Assembly (NCBI GenBank): GCA_016930515.1
Contig: JAFGGO010000027.1
Span: 1 to 64,000, forward strand
Direction of reading: 5' to 3'
DNA from: Promethearchaeota archaeon
GTDB lineage: Archaea; Asgardarchaeota; Lokiarchaeia; Sigyniarchaeales; SOKP01
DNA: 64,000 nt
The notes beneath the pieces were generated by a model that worked only from the letters and a program-made list of their open reading frames with translations, did no database searches and had not been told where the DNA came from. Shown piece after piece: positions 19,729 to 29,800 of this stretch; within the stretch, counting starts at the first letter, position 1; every line of letters begins with the position of its first letter. The position numbers and the translations under genes are program-made.

Positions 19729-20496
19729 ATGATAAAAAGCATATACTTGATGCAAGAAAACGGAGTATTGTTATATTCAAAAGAATATCAGAATGTCTAT
19801 TTTGATACTAACCTTTTGATCGGCTTTTTTGCTTCAATAGCCAACTTTAGCAGAGAAGCCTTAAACACGGCTGTGAAAAATGTTGATTTGGGAGAGGAAA
19901 ATAAGGTCATTCTTCAAGCTAATCCAAAAGAAGGGCTTATGGCTGCGGCGATTGTGAGTCCTGGGGATAACATTTCCCTTATTCAAGAGATTTTAACCAA
20001 TATTATCTTGGATTTTATCAACGAATTTCCCTCGTTCGAAGATCCTGAAAGACTTGACCGTGCAACAATCGAATTAATTTTTAAGGTTAATATGAGGAGA
20101 AAGACATTTCCCTCACCACCCCTACTTCTTACTGCTTCTTTAATCCTGTTGACTCCCGTTCTGATTATTCTCGTGTTCATCTCAATATATTTAACTAACG
20201 CGTTTCAAGAACTGTTCTACAATTTCACATTCAGTTTAGTAGTTTATACATCGATTACATTGTTATTTCTCACGGTAATTCCGAACTTAATTTCTGGTTT
20301 CTTAGCTCCAGATAAGAGATATGCGTGGTTTAATACATTTGCAATCATTGCTTTCGAAGTTGTTTTTTATGTGGTATCAGTTGAGCGATTATTTGCTCAA
20401 ATAACTTTAGCTAACCTTCCCATAAATTTCTTGTTGTCAATTGCTTCAGCGTATTTTGGATTTCAATTGTCTTCCCGCAGATATCTAAAAAAATAG
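19729..20496 (+). CDS. Longin-like N-terminal domain fused to about 4 TM helices
   Basis: IKSIYLMQENGVLLYSK...LLIGFFASIANFSREAL pattern followed by hydrophobic helices; GAGGT upstream of ATG 19729. Confidence 0.65.
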   Translation: MIKSIYLMQENGVLLYSKEYQNVYFDTNLLIGFFASIANFSREALNTAVKNVDLGEENKVILQANPKEGLMAAAIVSPGDNISLIQEILTNIILDFINEFPSFEDPERLDRATIELIFKVNMRRKTFPSPPLLLTASLILLTPVLIILVFISIYLTNAFQELFYNFTFSLVVYTSITLLFLTVIPNLISGFLAPDKRYAWFNTFAIIAFEVVFYVVSVERLFAQITLANLPINFLLSIASAYFGFQLSSRRYLKK

Positions 20497-20539
20497 AATT
20501 TTTTAACTAACACGAATTAAAAAGAGTGTTGTTGCTTAA

Positions 20540-22222
20540 ATGGACGAAGAATTAATAAAAGCGTTTTTAAATACGAATTGGAACTGCTTGAATCGAAAAG
20601 ATATTATTGAAAGATTGCAAAAAAACACTTACGATATTATCGTGATTGGTGGTGGGATCACGGGTGCTGGTGTTGCAAGAGAAGCTGCGTTAAGAGGATT
20701 AAAAATTGCGTTAATTGAAATGCAAGATTTTGCAGCGGGGACTTCTTCGCGCAGTTCAAAATTAGCTCATGGGGGCATAAGGTATTTGGCAAGTGCGGAG
20801 ATGGAATTAGTAAAGGAAGCCACAACTGAAAGAAACTGGTTAAGGGCACACTTACCGCACTTAACTCGGCCCATCCCGTTTTTATTCGCTAACTGGGAAG
20901 GTGGGAAAGACAAAAAAAGATCGATAAAAGCCGCAGTTAAGCTATACGATTTTTTAAGCGATAATGACCAGGAATTCAAGAATTATAAGCAGCATTCATG
21001 GCTTGAGCCCGAAGAAATCGCAAATGTGGAGCCTGAAATGAAAAAGGACGGTAATTTAGGTGGTGCCATCTATTATGATAATAATATAGACGATGCCCGA
21101 TTAACAATCGAGACCATAAAAGAAGCTATCATTCGCGGTTCCGATGCGTTAAATTACTGTAAGGTCATCGATTACATAAAGGTAGATGGAACGATTGTTG
21201 GCGTGAAATGTGAAGATCTAGAGGATAAGATCACATTTAGTATCAACGCAAGACAAGTTGTAAACGCAACGGGGATATGGACCGATCAATTGCTTGAAAT
21301 ATACCCCGATGATGTTCCAAAACCTCTTATTCGTCCCACAAAAGGCGTTCATTTAGTATACAAGAAGGAACATGTGAAGAATCGAATGGCAACAATAATT
21401 CGCTCAATAAATGACGGAAGGGCTTTTTTCATCTTACCAAGGGGCGATTTTACGCTTATAGGAACAACAGATACGGATTATAACGATGATTTAGCAAATC
21501 CATATTGTGCAAAAGAGGACGCAGATTATTTAATTGCTTCCGTGCAATATTACTTTCCAAAGGCGGAACTTGAATACAAAAACATTGTTTCGGCTTATGC
21601 TGGTATAAGGCCCTTGGTAATGCAAAAAGGTAAATCCGAAAGCGAAATATCTAGAAAACACTTGATCTTTTTTTCCGAAGACGGCTTGTTATCGATCACG
21701 GGAGGTAAACTCACGACTTTTAGGAAAATGGCAGAAGATTTATTCTTGGAATTAGAAAAAAAGAACATTTTTAAAGAAATTTCGCGGAACGAAGGTTTTT
21801 CAAAGCAATTATATGTGTCATCTTTCGAGAGAGAGATATTTGATGAAAAAGTTAAAAAAATAGATCTTATTTTAGATCAAAAAATAATTGATTTATTATA
21901 TCAACAATACGGAAGAGGAGCGCTGGAAATCTTAGAGATTGCTTCAGAAAATCCCTCTTATATAGAACCATTAGAAAAAAACTCACAGTTCATCCCTGCA
22001 GAAATAATATATATCCTTCGAAATGAATTTGCACCCCACTTAATTGATGTACTTTGCCGTAGGACTGAAATATCTATTCTTATTCGGCACGACAAGCAAA
22101 AAGGGATTGCAAATAAGGTTGCGAGACTAATGGCATCTGAATATTTGTGGGATGAAAATAAAACCCAAAATGAAATTAGCATTTATTTAGAACATATTAA
22201 AAAATCCGTGGAATTTGTGTAA
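20540..22222 (+). CDS. glpD: FAD-dependent glycerol-3-phosphate dehydrogenase (GlpD/GlpA family)
   Basis: GGGITGAG, GTSSRSSKLAHGGIRYL, DDARL, KGVHL, IGTTD, AGIRPL, GGKLTTFRKMAE. Confidence 0.92.
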   Translation: MDEELIKAFLNTNWNCLNRKDIIERLQKNTYDIIVIGGGITGAGVAREAALRGLKIALIEMQDFAAGTSSRSSKLAHGGIRYLASAEMELVKEATTERNWLRAHLPHLTRPIPFLFANWEGGKDKKRSIKAAVKLYDFLSDNDQEFKNYKQHSWLEPEEIANVEPEMKKDGNLGGAIYYDNNIDDARLTIETIKEAIIRGSDALNYCKVIDYIKVDGTIVGVKCEDLEDKITFSINARQVVNATGIWTDQLLEIYPDDVPKPLIRPTKGVHLVYKKEHVKNRMATIIRSINDGRAFFILPRGDFTLIGTTDTDYNDDLANPYCAKEDADYLIASVQYYFPKAELEYKNIVSAYAGIRPLVMQKGKSESEISRKHLIFFSEDGLLSITGGKLTTFRKMAEDLFLELEKKNIFKEISRNEGFSKQLYVSSFEREIFDEKVKKIDLILDQKIIDLLYQQYGRGALEILEIASENPSYIEPLEKNSQFIPAEIIYILRNEFAPHLIDVLCRRTEISILIRHDKQKGIANKVARLMASEYLWDENKTQNEISIYLEHIKKSVEFV

Positions 22223-22322
22223 ACTTAAATTTAAAAAATTGGACTCCGTTAGAATTATATTTAAAACCAATGATAATTAAAGTAACAATAATTCAAAAAT
22301 TAAAATCTAAAGTGAAACATTC

Positions 22323-22982
22323 GTGATATTACAAAATGTAGGGGATATTCTCAGACCTGTTGCTGGATATGCTGGGCTGTTTATGGTGCTCCTTGGAGTT
22401 ATGTGGCTAATCTTTGGGCTCTACGAAGGATATAGGCGGAAATCATTCAAGGATAGAAAGGTTGAGGATTGGAACTTCAAAATCACTAAATTCTTGAAGG
22501 GCTTGACATTATTAGGCTTCCTCGTGGGGCTTCTATGCATTATTGTAGGTGTAGTCGGGTTGTTAAATAGGGATGTTCCTCCTAGTGTTGCTTATGGTGT
22601 AGTAGTTGGAGAGAAAATTAACTATTTCACATCCATACTCTTAGTTGTCCTTGGAGTGGTTACATTCATAAAACCTGCTAACGACTTACCAATTGCCACG
22701 GTTCTAGCTCTTATTGCGGCTTCCGCTATTACTATCGTAGTCGCGCTTATCATACCTGAAAAGGGTTACGCTGTTGTAGAGGTACTTGAAATAAAATGGG
22801 TTCTTGTTGTGTTGTTTATCATCATCTTTGCTCTCTCTGCTATCGTAGTTAAATTCTTTTCGAAAGGCTTTATGACAGCTTCCAAGGCGATATCTTGGCC
22901 TCCTCTTGCGATAATTGTCGCGATCTTTTGCATGCTTCAAGGTTTGCTCGTGATGATAGGATATTCGATCGTTCCTTACTAA
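22323..22982 (+). CDS. Hypothetical multi-pass membrane protein
   Basis: About 6 hydrophobic segments; no recognised motif. Confidence 0.7.
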   Translation: MILQNVGDILRPVAGYAGLFMVLLGVMWLIFGLYEGYRRKSFKDRKVEDWNFKITKFLKGLTLLGFLVGLLCIIVGVVGLLNRDVPPSVAYGVVVGEKINYFTSILLVVLGVVTFIKPANDLPIATVLALIAASAITIVVALIIPEKGYAVVEVLEIKWVLVVLFIIIFALSAIVVKFFSKGFMTASKAISWPPLAIIVAIFCMLQGLLVMIGYSIVPY

Positions 22983-23054
22983 TTAATTTTATTTTTTTTA
23001 ACATGCTACTTATTTTAATTCATTAACCAATAGCTCTTTTTTTAAATAGTTATT

Positions 23055-24140
23055 TTAATGTGACACAATTCCCAAAATATCCTTTTTTAAATCTCTTCCA
23101 CATTTTGGACATGTTTTATCGTTTTTAATATCAATTTTCGTAAACATGTATCCCCTCCTTCCCAGTAAAAGATGTCCACAATTTGGACAATAGGTATTGC
23201 TTCCCTCTTCGTGATTTATGTTTCCCACATAAGGAAAATAAAGCCCTGCTTTTTTCGCGATATTGTATGCCATATTCAAGGTTTTCACAGGAGTTCTTTC
23301 GTCAGATGGAGCCTTGAAATCTGGGTGGTAGGCTGAAAAATGAGTTGGCGTGTTTTTACCAAGATTTTCAACCACCCAATTACATAACAATTCCATATCT
23401 TCTTTTTTATCGTTCAAACCTGGGATTATTAAGTTCGTAATTTCTACGTGTATTCCTCCCTCTTTAAATCTCTTTGCAGTGTCTAATACGGGTTTTACGG
23501 ACTTTACACCACAGATCTTTTTGTAAAAGTCGTCGCTCATCGCTTTTATATCTATATTAGCGGCGTCAATACCTGCGCTAATCAATTCTTCACTTGCTTC
23601 GGGAGTGGAATACCCGTTTGTCACTAATATAGTTTTTATATGTTCTTTTTTCATCAACTGGGTGACATCTAAAACCCATTCGTGCCATATAAGTGGTTCG
23701 TTGTAAGTAAATGCGAGGGTTTGTGCCCCGCTCTTGAGAACTTTCTCAATCAACTCTTTTGGATTCATTTCAACGAGCTTCATTTCCCGATTTTTGAGTT
23801 CTTCGATGTCGTAATACCCCGTTTTACCGTTATCCGAAGGACTTGCTTGGCTAATGGTCCAGTTTTGGCAATTCAAACATCGAAAAGAACACCCTATCGA
23901 AGCTATTGAATACGCAGTGGCTCCAGGCCAAAAATTATATAATGGTTTTTTCTCAATTGGGTCTAAACTACCTTTTGATATCAATGAACCGTAAATCAAG
24001 GAATAAAAATCTCCACTTATATTTCTTCTCGTTCCACAAATCCCTGTTCTCCCTTCAACGACTATGCATTCGTTCGCGCACACTCGGCATCTCACTTTAT
24101 TATCGTCAAGTGAATCCCATAATCTAGCTTTAATCTTCAA
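23055..24140 (-). CDS. amrS: AmmeMemoRadiSam system radical SAM enzyme
   Basis: CRVCANEC..GICGTRRN, DPIEKKPLYNF, GCSFRCLNCQNW, FTYNEP, C-terminal CPNC..CPKC. Confidence 0.9.
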   Translation of the reverse strand: MKIKARLWDSLDDNKVRCRVCANECIVVEGRTGICGTRRNISGDFYSLIYGSLISKGSLDPIEKKPLYNFWPGATAYSIASIGCSFRCLNCQNWTISQASPSDNGKTGYYDIEELKNREMKLVEMNPKELIEKVLKSGAQTLAFTYNEPLIWHEWVLDVTQLMKKEHIKTILVTNGYSTPEASEELISAGIDAANIDIKAMSDDFYKKICGVKSVKPVLDTAKRFKEGGIHVEITNLIIPGLNDKKEDMELLCNWVVENLGKNTPTHFSAYHPDFKAPSDERTPVKTLNMAYNIAKKAGLYFPYVGNINHEEGSNTYCPNCGHLLLGRRGYMFTKIDIKNDKTCPKCGRDLKKDILGIVSH

Positions 24141-24242
24141 CTTTTATTCTCACTTTATTTCACAATAGGAATTCCCAAAAGTAATTAGTCTAAGATTCTT
24201 AATATGTATTCCACTTAAAGAAGTAAAAAAGGATTGATCTAA

Positions 24243-24677
24243 ATGGAAGTAAACACAAATGAAATAGTATCTTGGTTTCAAAAAGGATTAAATTGCTCTC
24301 AGTTCGTTTTATCTCGGTTTGGACCACGATTTGGTATAAACGAGCAATGTAGTTTAAAGATAGCAGGTGGATTTGGAGGTGGAATGACGATGGGAAATAC
24401 TTGTGGCTCAATTACTGCTGCATTTATGGTTATTGGACTCAAGTTTGAAAAGATCAATGAGGAAAACACAAGCCCACATGAAATCACTTACCAAAAGATA
24501 AGGGAGTTCGTAAATCAATTCACAAAACTCAATAAAACGATCATATGCAACCAATTAACTGGTGTGGATATGTCAACGCTCGAAGGAAGGGAAAAAGCAA
24601 GAAACGAGAATATTTTTCTAACAACCTGTCCTAAAGTAATTCAAGACTCTATAAACATTTTAGAATCCATTCTATAA
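24243..24677 (+). CDS. C-GCAxxG-C-C family redox protein
   Basis: GLNCSQ, GFGGGM..TCGSITAA, IICNQL, TCPK. Confidence 0.85.
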   Translation: MEVNTNEIVSWFQKGLNCSQFVLSRFGPRFGINEQCSLKIAGGFGGGMTMGNTCGSITAAFMVIGLKFEKINEENTSPHEITYQKIREFVNQFTKLNKTIICNQLTGVDMSTLEGREKARNENIFLTTCPKVIQDSINILESIL

Positions 24678-24724
24678 CTTTAAACAATGTATATAGTACT
24701 AAATGATATGTAAAGGTCCAAAAT

Positions 24725-25660
24725 TTGCAAGTTAAAGAAGATATTAGCCTCACTAGAGAAGAAATTGATCAATTAATCAAGAAAAAATTAATTCTATTAA
24801 ATGAGATTGATAGAAATCAAGGAAAAGGGTCCGAATATATTCGAATTCTAAGCGAGATCGCATTACTCAAGCTTGAGATTGAGGAATTCGAAGAATCTGA
24901 GAATTATTTTAAGACATGTCTGGCTTTTTTTGAAAAACAGAGCGATAATCTTGGAAAAGCTGCTGTTTTGGGTCTCTTAGGTGCCCTATTCTATAAGAAG
25001 GACCAATTTGAAGAATCTATCAATTATTATCGACAAGGAGATCTATTATACAAGGAACTCCTCCAGTTTAAAGAACAAACAACATGCTTAATCGGAATTG
25101 GAAGCGCTTATCTGAAATTAAATAAGCTAGACGAAGCAAGCGATATATTTTTTAAATGTAGTGCAATTTGTGCTGACAACCACGATGTCTACGGATTATT
25201 AGAATGCCTTCAAAATTTAATATTTATCTACGAAAAAGAAGAAAAATGGGATGTTGTCTTTGAATTGTACAAAAAAACCCTTAAAGCTTTCAAGGAATTA
25301 AAAGACCGACAAGGCATGATCGTATCGTATTTTAACTTGGGAATATTAAAAAAAAAAAAAAATTACGAGGAAGCGTTAATCTATTTCAAAAAAGGAACAA
25401 ATGTGGCAATTGATTCAAACTATTCTGAATTAATAGTAAAAGGGCTAAGTTATATAGCCGAATGCTTGTTCTATACGGGTAAAATAAGAGATGCAACGAA
25501 TCAATTGATAAAAAGCCTCCATTTAGCTGAAGAAATTAAAGCAAAAAACGCGATTATACAAATCTCAGTGTTGTTAAAATCGTTTGGGCTTAGTGAAACT
25601 GATATCCAAGAAAGCCTTAAAAAATATCGCGAAGATAGGAAAATAACGAAAAATAAATAA
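24725..25660 (+). CDS. Tetratricopeptide-repeat protein
   Basis: Repeated LG.L......EA..YF helical pattern. Confidence 0.82.
   Translation: MQVKEDISLTREEIDQLIKKKLILLNEIDRNQGKGSEYIRILSEIALLKLEIEEFEESENYFKTCLAFFEKQSDNLGKAAVLGLLGALFYKKDQFEESINYYRQGDLLYKELLQFKEQTTCLIGIGSAYLKLNKLDEASDIFFKCSAICADNHDVYGLLECLQNLIFIYEKEEKWDVVFELYKKTLKAFKELKDRQGMIVSYFNLGILKKKKNYEEALIYFKKGTNVAIDSNYSELIVKGLSYIAECLFYTGKIRDATNQLIKSLHLAEEIKAKNAIIQISVLLKSFGLSETDIQESLKKYREDRKITKNK
25348..25362 (+). repeat. A15 homopolymer inside the TPR gene
   Basis: 15 consecutive A encoding LKKKKN, currently in frame. Confidence 0.9.
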
Positions 25661-25707
25661 TTAAATTGACTTTACTTTAATAGTAAATTATTTATTCTCT
25701 ATTAAAG

Positions 25708-27126
25708 ATGAAAAATTGTCCATTTTGTAATCAAGAAGTGAGAGAAACCGATAAGTTTTGCATTCATTGCAAGAAACCACTTTTAACATTCATCTCGCAG
25801 AAGGAGGGTTCCTTAAACAAGAGCTTGCAACCATATAATTACTTACAGTACGAGGACGAGGATCAAGACGAGGAGTTCAATATTTCTGAAATCGATAGCG
25901 ATGTCATTGACAGAAAAATAAGAAAAATAAGTGCCTCTTTAGAAGCAGCGCAAGCTTCGGGGATTACAACTGGGGATTTATTGCTAAAAAAGGCTTCTTT
26001 ATACTATCAAAAAAGAGATCTCGGAACTTCTGCAAAAATTGTTGAATTAGCTCTTAACTCTTTCGATTCCGAAAACGATCTGATGAATGTTGCTATATGC
26101 CATAACGAACTAGGTTTAATTCAAGAGGATATAGGCATTTACGATGAAGCTATCTATCAGTTTGATAGAGCGATTGACATTCTTAAAAATCTCGGAGATT
26201 CTCAAAAATTAATAAGAACATATAATAACATCGCAAATATTTACCATTTAATTAAAGATTTTGAGCATTCTTACGAATATTATAAAAAAGCCATTGACCT
26301 AGCTCGAAAAGAAAATCTCGTCATGGAAGAAGTCAAATCGTCCTCAAATTTGGTTGATGTATTATTCTCCTTTAAAAATTACGATTCGATCGAAAAAATT
26401 CTCGATAGAAACGCGTTTATTTTTAATCAAATCGGAGATATTAATGGTACAATTATTACTTTGATAAAATACGGGAAATTAAATTTCCACAAAGGACCAA
26501 ATTACTTCGATAAAGCGCTTAAATTATTTACCGATGCCTTAGATCTTGTTGAAAAGATTAGCGAAAGAATTTCAATCTATTCAAAATCACAATTGGAATG
26601 GGAGTGCTATTTATACATTGGAAAAGTGTATTATAAGAGAAAAAATTACGAAAAAGCCGAAATTAATATTTTAAGAAGCCTTGAATCACTACGGACCCAT
26701 GAAATTGAAGATAGTCTTAACCAAGCGTTAGTTTTGAAACTAATAGGTAAGATTTATTCTGCAAAAAATAATTTTATTAAAGCAGTGGAATATTTCGATT
26801 TATCTTCGATAACTTACGAAAAATTCGGGGCATTATATGACAAGGCGTTGGTTAAGATATTGGCTGCTCAAGATATCATGGAAAGCAACAATGACGATTC
26901 AAAAGCCTTAAATTATTATGAAGATGCATTAAATATATTTCAAGAGCAAGGATATGATAAAGAAGTGGCAGATACCTCTCAAACTTTAGGGGATATTTAT
27001 ATAAAGCTTAATTTGGAAGGAATAGCTCTTGAATATTTTGAAAAAGCTAAAGATACTTACCAAATTTTAAAAGATAAGTTTAATTCGCAACTCGTTAAGG
27101 AAAAAATACAATCCTTGAAAACTTAA
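25708..27126 (+). CDS. Zinc-ribbon + TPR protein
   Basis: N-terminal CPFC..FCIHC, acidic linker, multiple TPRs (CHNELGLIQ, TYNNIANIY). Confidence 0.85.
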   Translation: MKNCPFCNQEVRETDKFCIHCKKPLLTFISQKEGSLNKSLQPYNYLQYEDEDQDEEFNISEIDSDVIDRKIRKISASLEAAQASGITTGDLLLKKASLYYQKRDLGTSAKIVELALNSFDSENDLMNVAICHNELGLIQEDIGIYDEAIYQFDRAIDILKNLGDSQKLIRTYNNIANIYHLIKDFEHSYEYYKKAIDLARKENLVMEEVKSSSNLVDVLFSFKNYDSIEKILDRNAFIFNQIGDINGTIITLIKYGKLNFHKGPNYFDKALKLFTDALDLVEKISERISIYSKSQLEWECYLYIGKVYYKRKNYEKAEINILRSLESLRTHEIEDSLNQALVLKLIGKIYSAKNNFIKAVEYFDLSSITYEKFGALYDKALVKILAAQDIMESNNDDSKALNYYEDALNIFQEQGYDKEVADTSQTLGDIYIKLNLEGIALEYFEKAKDTYQILKDKFNSQLVKEKIQSLKT

Positions 27127-27974
27127 GACACAAATGTTTCAATCCCCTCGGTAATTAATGGTAGAAAAGCTAGGCACAGAACGATTTCGAATGTACAAAA
27201 AAGGATCCAAAACCATTTTACTTTATTAATAGGATATTTTTTATATTCAATAAAAACTAAAATTGGTACGGACCACCAAAAATAGTGAGGAACTTGTAAA
27301 AAAATTAGCATATCGTTGTAAGATACAACATTTCCACCAACGCCCGAACTCGTGATGAAAGACATCAACACGATACCAAGCACGAGAATTAATGCTGGAA
27401 AAATCTCTTTTCTGAGTTTTCGTTCGAAGTATAAATTAATTAAAAATAATATTCCGAACGCTATAATTGATGTTAACTTGTAAAAGGCGAGTAATAAAAA
27501 GAGAGGTGCAAACCATTTATCCTTATATTTCTGATACATGTAAAGAGAAAAAGTTATCCATATGTTTGTGTTAAAGAGCATTGACCACCAAAAAACCATG
27601 AGAATATTACCATATAACCACCACTCCTGATACGAGTTTTTAACATTTTTTAAAATATAGAAAAACATGCCGAAGGTTATCATTAAATGGATTGTAAAGC
27701 TTAAATACTCCGGTAATAGCATCCATACGCATAAGACGCAAAAGTAATTTAAATAAAGATATCCTTCTACCTCGTATATGTCTTGACCCATCCAAAAGCG
27801 ATTCACTGCAATATAATAATAGCGAAAGTCGTGTCCAAAAGGGACTCCATTCACTAGGCGCACGACGCTCGTGATTATGCCGATGCAAAAAGAAATGAAC
27901 ATGATTGCTAAGAAGGAGTACAATACTTTTTGATTTATACTACTTTCAACGAGCTCATATCCTTCTTTAGACAT
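27123..27974 (-). CDS. Membrane protein, GT-C/GT87 (DUF2029)-like
   Basis: TM then HDFRYYYIA...GQDIY...YLY, multiple TMs, FYKL. Confidence 0.55.
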   Translation of the reverse strand: MSKEGYELVESSINQKVLYSFLAIMFISFCIGIITSVVRLVNGVPFGHDFRYYYIAVNRFWMGQDIYEVEGYLYLNYFCVLCVWMLLPEYLSFTIHLMITFGMFFYILKNVKNSYQEWWLYGNILMVFWWSMLFNTNIWITFSLYMYQKYKDKWFAPLFLLLAFYKLTSIIAFGILFLINLYFERKLRKEIFPALILVLGIVLMSFITSSGVGGNVVSYNDMLIFLQVPHYFWWSVPILVFIEYKKYPINKVKWFWILFCTFEIVLCLAFLPLITEGIETFVS

Positions 27975-28066
27975 AACTATCTTAATAATTAATATCTAAA
28001 TAATATTATGGGAAAGTTACTCAAATAATGAATTAACAAAATGTCAAGATGTGAGGTTATTAACCT

Positions 28067-29698
28067 TCACGGAAGTAAACCAAGAGAATTTCGCATTTTT
28101 TTTTCTGTATCCGTGGTTAATAAGTCTAGGTAGCGTAAAGAGGATATTCCCTTCATCAAACGCTTTTTTATATTTGGATCTTTTGAAAGGTTCTTGTTCT
28201 CGCAGCAAAATTCAAAATTTGACCTTAAAATCATGTCGTCTTCGATTTTATTAACTAAAATTGCTTGAAAATCTTGTAAAGGGCTTGAAAATATTTCGTA
28301 AATCGAACTTGAATCTCCAATTCGTCCTGGAAATACAATACTAATTCGCTCTTCCATCATCTCCTCGTCTTCAATGAACATTGCGTATAGTGGCATGTAC
28401 ATCCATCGAATAGGCATTGCAAAGAAATCGGACTTATTGTCGGGTATGGACCATTGTTTCAGTTCTTCGGCTTCTATTAGACAAGTATTGTGTTTTTGAA
28501 CGATTATTTCTGTAATTTGCTTGTACAACGCCTCTAAATCGTCTCTATACGATGTAATCTCTATGACTGCGCTTTCTTGTTCCTTTTCAATCGTGGTTAT
28601 TTGGTGATTTCTATCCTGTAGGCGCGTCTGTAAATCTATCTCGTGTTCCTTCAGTTTTTGAGACGCCCTTTCGTCAACTGCTTTAGCTTTTTCTAAAATA
28701 TCTTCATATTTTTGCGATAAATTATTTATACTTTCTAAAAGTCTCGTTCCTTGTTCTTTCAGATAATTAAAATGAACTAAAAATTTTGGTTGAAGATCTT
28801 CAAAGACTTTTGATTTGAGACTTTCGTCTCGAGTGAAAAATTTATTTTTTTTTATCATGTCTTCCAAGTTTCTTTCAACGGTTAAAAAAAGCGTCGAAAC
28901 ACTCTCAATGATTTTTTTCTTTTCTTCCACCCTCCAATTTTCGATCTCGTCCCCCTTATAATCCTTTTGAATTTCAACTTGTGAATCATCTATTAATGAG
29001 GATGTTTTCTTGAGTTGGGAACTAAATCTTTGTTTCACATCAGAAAGATTAACTTTTAAATCTAATAGTTTTTTGTCAACGAATTTACTGATTAATTCTA
29101 TTTGATTTTTCCATCTTAGTGCGTTTCCTTTCATTTGTTCGAAGGTTTTTCTGTATTTTTCAGCAATGTCAATGGCCATTTCTGTTGATAACTTTACATT
29201 TAAAGGCATGTAATTCGAAACAGGTTCAATTTTAATAGTTGGGAGCATTTCAACGATTGTTTTAAGGAAATCAGGCGATAACAAGCCCTCAATCTCGAGT
29301 GATTGGAACTCGGAATCTTCGGACTCGCTTATAATTTCGGCGTCAACATCTTTATATGTTATAATATTTATAATTTGCTGTAATTGGTCTTTTTCGGTTT
29401 TTGTTCCCGTATCGCGTAAAAGGTGTCCAATTAATGGTTGTCTGGGAGGATTAGACAATTTTCCTTTTTTTGACAAGATCGCTAGACCATCTAATAGTAT
29501 ATGAGTTGAAATAGTTCCCGGAACGCTAGCAAAAGGCCAGAGAAGTCTTGAAAAAGAGAGTATCTTTTCTCCATTCTTTATATCCCTCGTCAATAAATAA
29601 TAAGCGATGGTTAATTCCTCGTCATCGCGTATGGGTGGCAAATTAGGATTCTTTCGTAAAAAAAAAGGCAAGATGTTTTGATTTCCGTGAATTGAAAT
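28067..29698 (-). CDS. Hypothetical long coiled-coil protein
   Basis: Heptad-rich central region of roughly 250 aa flanked by globular segments (RLLWPF, WMYMPLY); start uncertain: TTG 29671, or ATT 29698 after AGGGGA. Confidence 0.75.
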   Translation of the reverse strand: MSIHGNQNILPFFLRKNPNLPPIRDDEELTIAYYLLTRDIKNGEKILSFSRLLWPFASVPGTISTHILLDGLAILSKKGKLSNPPRQPLIGHLLRDTGTKTEKDQLQQIINIITYKDVDAEIISESEDSEFQSLEIEGLLSPDFLKTIVEMLPTIKIEPVSNYMPLNVKLSTEMAIDIAEKYRKTFEQMKGNALRWKNQIELISKFVDKKLLDLKVNLSDVKQRFSSQLKKTSSLIDDSQVEIQKDYKGDEIENWRVEEKKKIIESVSTLFLTVERNLEDMIKKNKFFTRDESLKSKVFEDLQPKFLVHFNYLKEQGTRLLESINNLSQKYEDILEKAKAVDERASQKLKEHEIDLQTRLQDRNHQITTIEKEQESAVIEITSYRDDLEALYKQITEIIVQKHNTCLIEAEELKQWSIPDNKSDFFAMPIRWMYMPLYAMFIEDEEMMEERISIVFPGRIGDSSSIYEIFSSPLQDFQAILVNKIEDDMILRSNFEFCCENKNLSKDPNIKKRLMKGISSLRYLDLLTTDTEKKMRNSLGLLP

Positions 29699-29800
29699 GT
29701 GATATCCCCTTTAATATGTTTTACTTGATTACCTAATGGAAAACCTCTATTTTAAAATGAATCTTTTTTATAAAAATGTGAATTTAAAAACTTAAAAAAA

